A DNA stretch of 63,368 bases, filler included, from Octopus bimaculoides (lineage: Eukaryota): the NCBI RefSeq assembly GCF_001194135.2. It is 6 parts of 5 records of this genome, joined end to end, with 100 filler letters (N's around TTAATTAATTAA, not from the genome) between each part and the next. Parts side by side here need not be neighbours in the genome. Positions count along the whole stretch, not along the records: positions 61,762 to 63,368 come from NC_068982.1; 5 more parts are not named here. One strand, written 5' to 3'. Positions 62,771 through 63,368 of the stretch are shown in pieces (within the stretch, counting starts at the first letter, position 1; each line of letters begins with the position of its first letter). Under the pieces are notes generated by a model. That model did not search any database, was not told where the DNA came from, and worked only from the letters and a program-made list of their open reading frames with translations. Both the position numbers and the translations under genes were made by a program.

Positions 62771-63368
62771 CTGGGTGCATAAGGTATTTGAGGATATACC
62801 TTTTTTGTTGCATTTTTTTCCAAATCTGTATAATCTTTGTTTCTGAAAATAACAATAGCAGATCCTCAGATTACTCAAGAAATGAAGAGGCATGCTGTTA
62901 TTGTGGTTATAAAGGTTGAGCATAGTAAGTTAGAAATGTCTCGATTTTTAAAAGTTGCCAGATCTTTCATCTACAAAGTTTGTAAGGAGCTAGAGACTGA
63001 AGATGGAAATATATCACCAGTATCAAAGCATAAAAAGTATTCTAAATGCTCTGAAATCATTAGAGCACCTGAATTTATCCAGCAAGTTCAACAGACCATT
63101 GATTATAATCCCAGAAAGGTCAATTGCAAAAAATCTCCATGTGTCAGAAATGTTGTCTACAAAGACATCAGATAAAAGTTTTATATGATGAGGAAAGGTC
63201 AATTTGTTAGAAAAAGCTAAAGAGAATCACTACATGAGGTCTAAAAGACTTTTAAACAAACTGAAAAATTCAGCAGAAGATTTGATTTGGTTTTTCTCAA
63301 ACGAGAAAAACTTCGACCAAGATCAAAAAGTTAACAGAAGAAATGACAAATGCTTATGTGCAGACCCT
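62771..63368 (+). mobile_element. maT/DD37D element 5' half (left TIR and N-terminal transposase), running off the window
   Basis: CTGGGTGCATAAGGTATTTGAGGA is the inverted counterpart of the right TIR. MKRHAVIVVIK starts at 62882 and continues to ...RSKRLLNKLK...IWFFSNEKNFDQDQKVNRRND, with frameshifts. Confidence 0.85.

Overview
AT-rich, gap-riddled eukaryotic DNA dominated by microsatellites and retro/DNA-transposon debris. The repeat make-up looks like a coleoid cephalopod, probably Octopus (inference from recalled repeat families, not a database search). I cannot identify an intact host gene, rRNA, true tRNA gene or CRISPR array. Supported content: (1) many tRNA-derived SINEs of at least three families; (2) decayed non-LTR fragments (two CR1/L2-like RT pieces plus a 3' end, two RTE 3' ends, an APE-endonuclease piece, four restriction-like-endonuclease 3' fragments); (3) a Tigger/pogo transposase pseudogene; (4) three pieces of a DD37D (maT-type) Tc1/mariner element; (5) several foldback or hairpin elements. 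Most interesting: a hammerhead-ribozyme-like motif inside a 458-bp element bounded by 44-bp inverted repeats, with degenerate relatives elsewhere, and two microsatellite 'landing pads'. RLE retroelements and SINEs sit in (TAA)n, while a different RLE family sits in (CATA)n. All alignments and folds were done by eye and most element boundaries are approximate (about +/-20 bp). Five 100-bp gaps with an artificial TTAATTAATTAA linker make adjacency across them uncertain.
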